From the NCBI GenBank assembly GCA_963845565.1, contig CAWJSJ010000002.1, positions 1,376,001 through 1,440,000 of the forward strand: 64,000 bases of DNA, in the 5' to 3' direction. The stretch comes from an uncultured Methylomirabilota bacterium. GTDB lineage: Bacteria > Methylomirabilota > Methylomirabilia > Methylomirabilales > 2-02-FULL-66-22. This document shows positions 62,983 to 64,000 of the stretch, in pieces; positions within the stretch are counted from its first letter, which is position 1, and each line of letters starts with the position of its first letter. The notes under the pieces were generated by a model that worked only from the letters and a program-made list of their open reading frames with translations, was not told the DNA's origin and did not search any database. The translations under genes were made by a program, and so were the position numbers.

Positions 62983-63086
62983 AGTGTCCTTTGGCGCTGT
63001 CGTCGCCTCGGGGTGCGGAATTGACGACTCGTGGACGGCCCGCGTCCGCCGAGGTTCATCCGGGACCCGGCCGCGCGCGACCCATC

Positions 63087-63962
63087 TTACCGCTGACCTT
63101 TCAGGAGCGGGAAACCCATCTCCTCGCGCTGCTTCAGGTGCGCCTCGGCCACCCGGCGAGCCAAGGCGCGCACACGCCCGATGTAGTGGGTGCGCTCGGT
63201 CACGCTGATCGCCCCCCGCGCGTCCAGGATATTGAAGGCATGGGAGCACTTCAAGCAATAGTCGTAGGCCGGAAGGACCAGGCCGCGCTCGATCAACGCG
63301 CGCGACTCCCGCTCGTACTCGTCAAACAAGCGGAGGTGCAAGGCGACGTCCGCCGCCTCGAAATTGTGAACCGACCACTCCACCTCGCTCTGGTGGTGCA
63401 CGTCGCCATAGCTGAGCGTGTCGTTCCATTTGAGGTCGTAGACATTGTCCACCCCCTGCAGGAACATGGCGATGCGCTCGATCCCGTAGGTAATTTCCCC
63501 GGCCACCGGCCGGACCTCGATCCCACCCGCCTGCTGGAAATAGGTGAACTGAGTGATCTCCAGGCCGTCCAACCAGACCTCCCAGCCAAGGCCCCACGCC
63601 CCGAGGGTCGGGGCTTCCCAGTCGTCCTCGACGAAACGGATGTCATGCCGCATGGGGTCGACGCCGAAGCTCTGCAGGCTCTTGAGATACATCTCTTGGA
63701 TATTGGCCGGTGATGGCTTCAGGATCACCTGATACTGATAGTAGTGCTGGAGGCGATTCGGGTTCTCTCCGTACCGACCATCGGCGGGGCGGCGGGAGGG
63801 TTCCACGTACGCGACGTTCCAGGGCTCAGGGCCGAGCACGCGGAGAAACGTCGCCGGGTTCATGGTCCCGGCGCCAAGTTCCACGTCATATGGTTGCAGG
63901 ATCGCGCAGCCGCACTTCGCCCAGTAGCTCTCCAGGGCGAGGACCAGCTCCTGAAAGGTCAT
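63087..63962 (-). CDS. glyQ: Glycine-tRNA ligase alpha subunit
   Basis: [47 protein letters not shown]. Confidence 0.97.
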   Translation of the reverse strand: MTFQELVLALESYWAKCGCAILQPYDVELGAGTMNPATFLRVLGPEPWNVAYVEPSRRPADGRYGENPNRLQHYYQYQVILKPSPANIQEMYLKSLQSFGVDPMRHDIRFVEDDWEAPTLGAWGLGWEVWLDGLEITQFTYFQQAGGIEVRPVAGEITYGIERIAMFLQGVDNVYDLKWNDTLSYGDVHHQSEVEWSVHNFEAADVALHLRLFDEYERESRALIERGLVLPAYDYCLKCSHAFNILDARGAISVTERTHYIGRVRALARRVAEAHLKQREEMGFPLLKGQR

Positions 63963-64000
63963 GAACAACCCTCCAAACCGGTTCTGAGGGAAAACGCAAA

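Noticed and set aside
63979..63990. Group II intron domain V-like CGGTTCTGAGGG
   Set aside because: The 5' half of domain V is missing; the sequence is part of the glyQ SD palindrome

Overview
GC-rich bacterial chromosomal window, probably from a long-read metagenome assembly, since many genes are broken by single-base indels. The host is unclear; an anaerobe or facultative organism such as Methylomirabilota or Deltaproteobacteria would fit, but this is inference only. Left part: DUF2148 ferredoxin-like gene, PucG/AGT-type aminotransferase, an AttE/G/H-type ABC transporter with lipocalin-like protein, aldo/keto reductase, TetR with frameshifted AcrAB-type efflux genes, GH63-like glucosidase + GH13 + MscS channel, and a double-domain thyX. 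Middle: a 9-gene hdrC-hdrB-(tfrB/tfrA-like fumarate reductase)-hdrA-flxDCBA cluster, two radical SAM genes with the SPASM/twitch module placed N-terminally plus a methyltransferase, TctCBA and TRAP transporters, an ICL/PEP-mutase family lyase and a divergent hydantoinase A/B pair. Right part: tag, phzF, hicBA, uxaB, Fe-ADH, a Tat lactonase, a 70-aa Cys-rich protein and glyQ-glyS-ppdK. Non-coding DNA holds two families of dispersed palindromic MITE/REP-like elements at stop codons (one brackets thyX as an inverted pair), several 7-9 bp periodic microrepeats, and a ~215-245 nt candidate structured RNA downstream of ppdK. No rRNA, tRNA, CRISPR array, transposase or integrase was seen.
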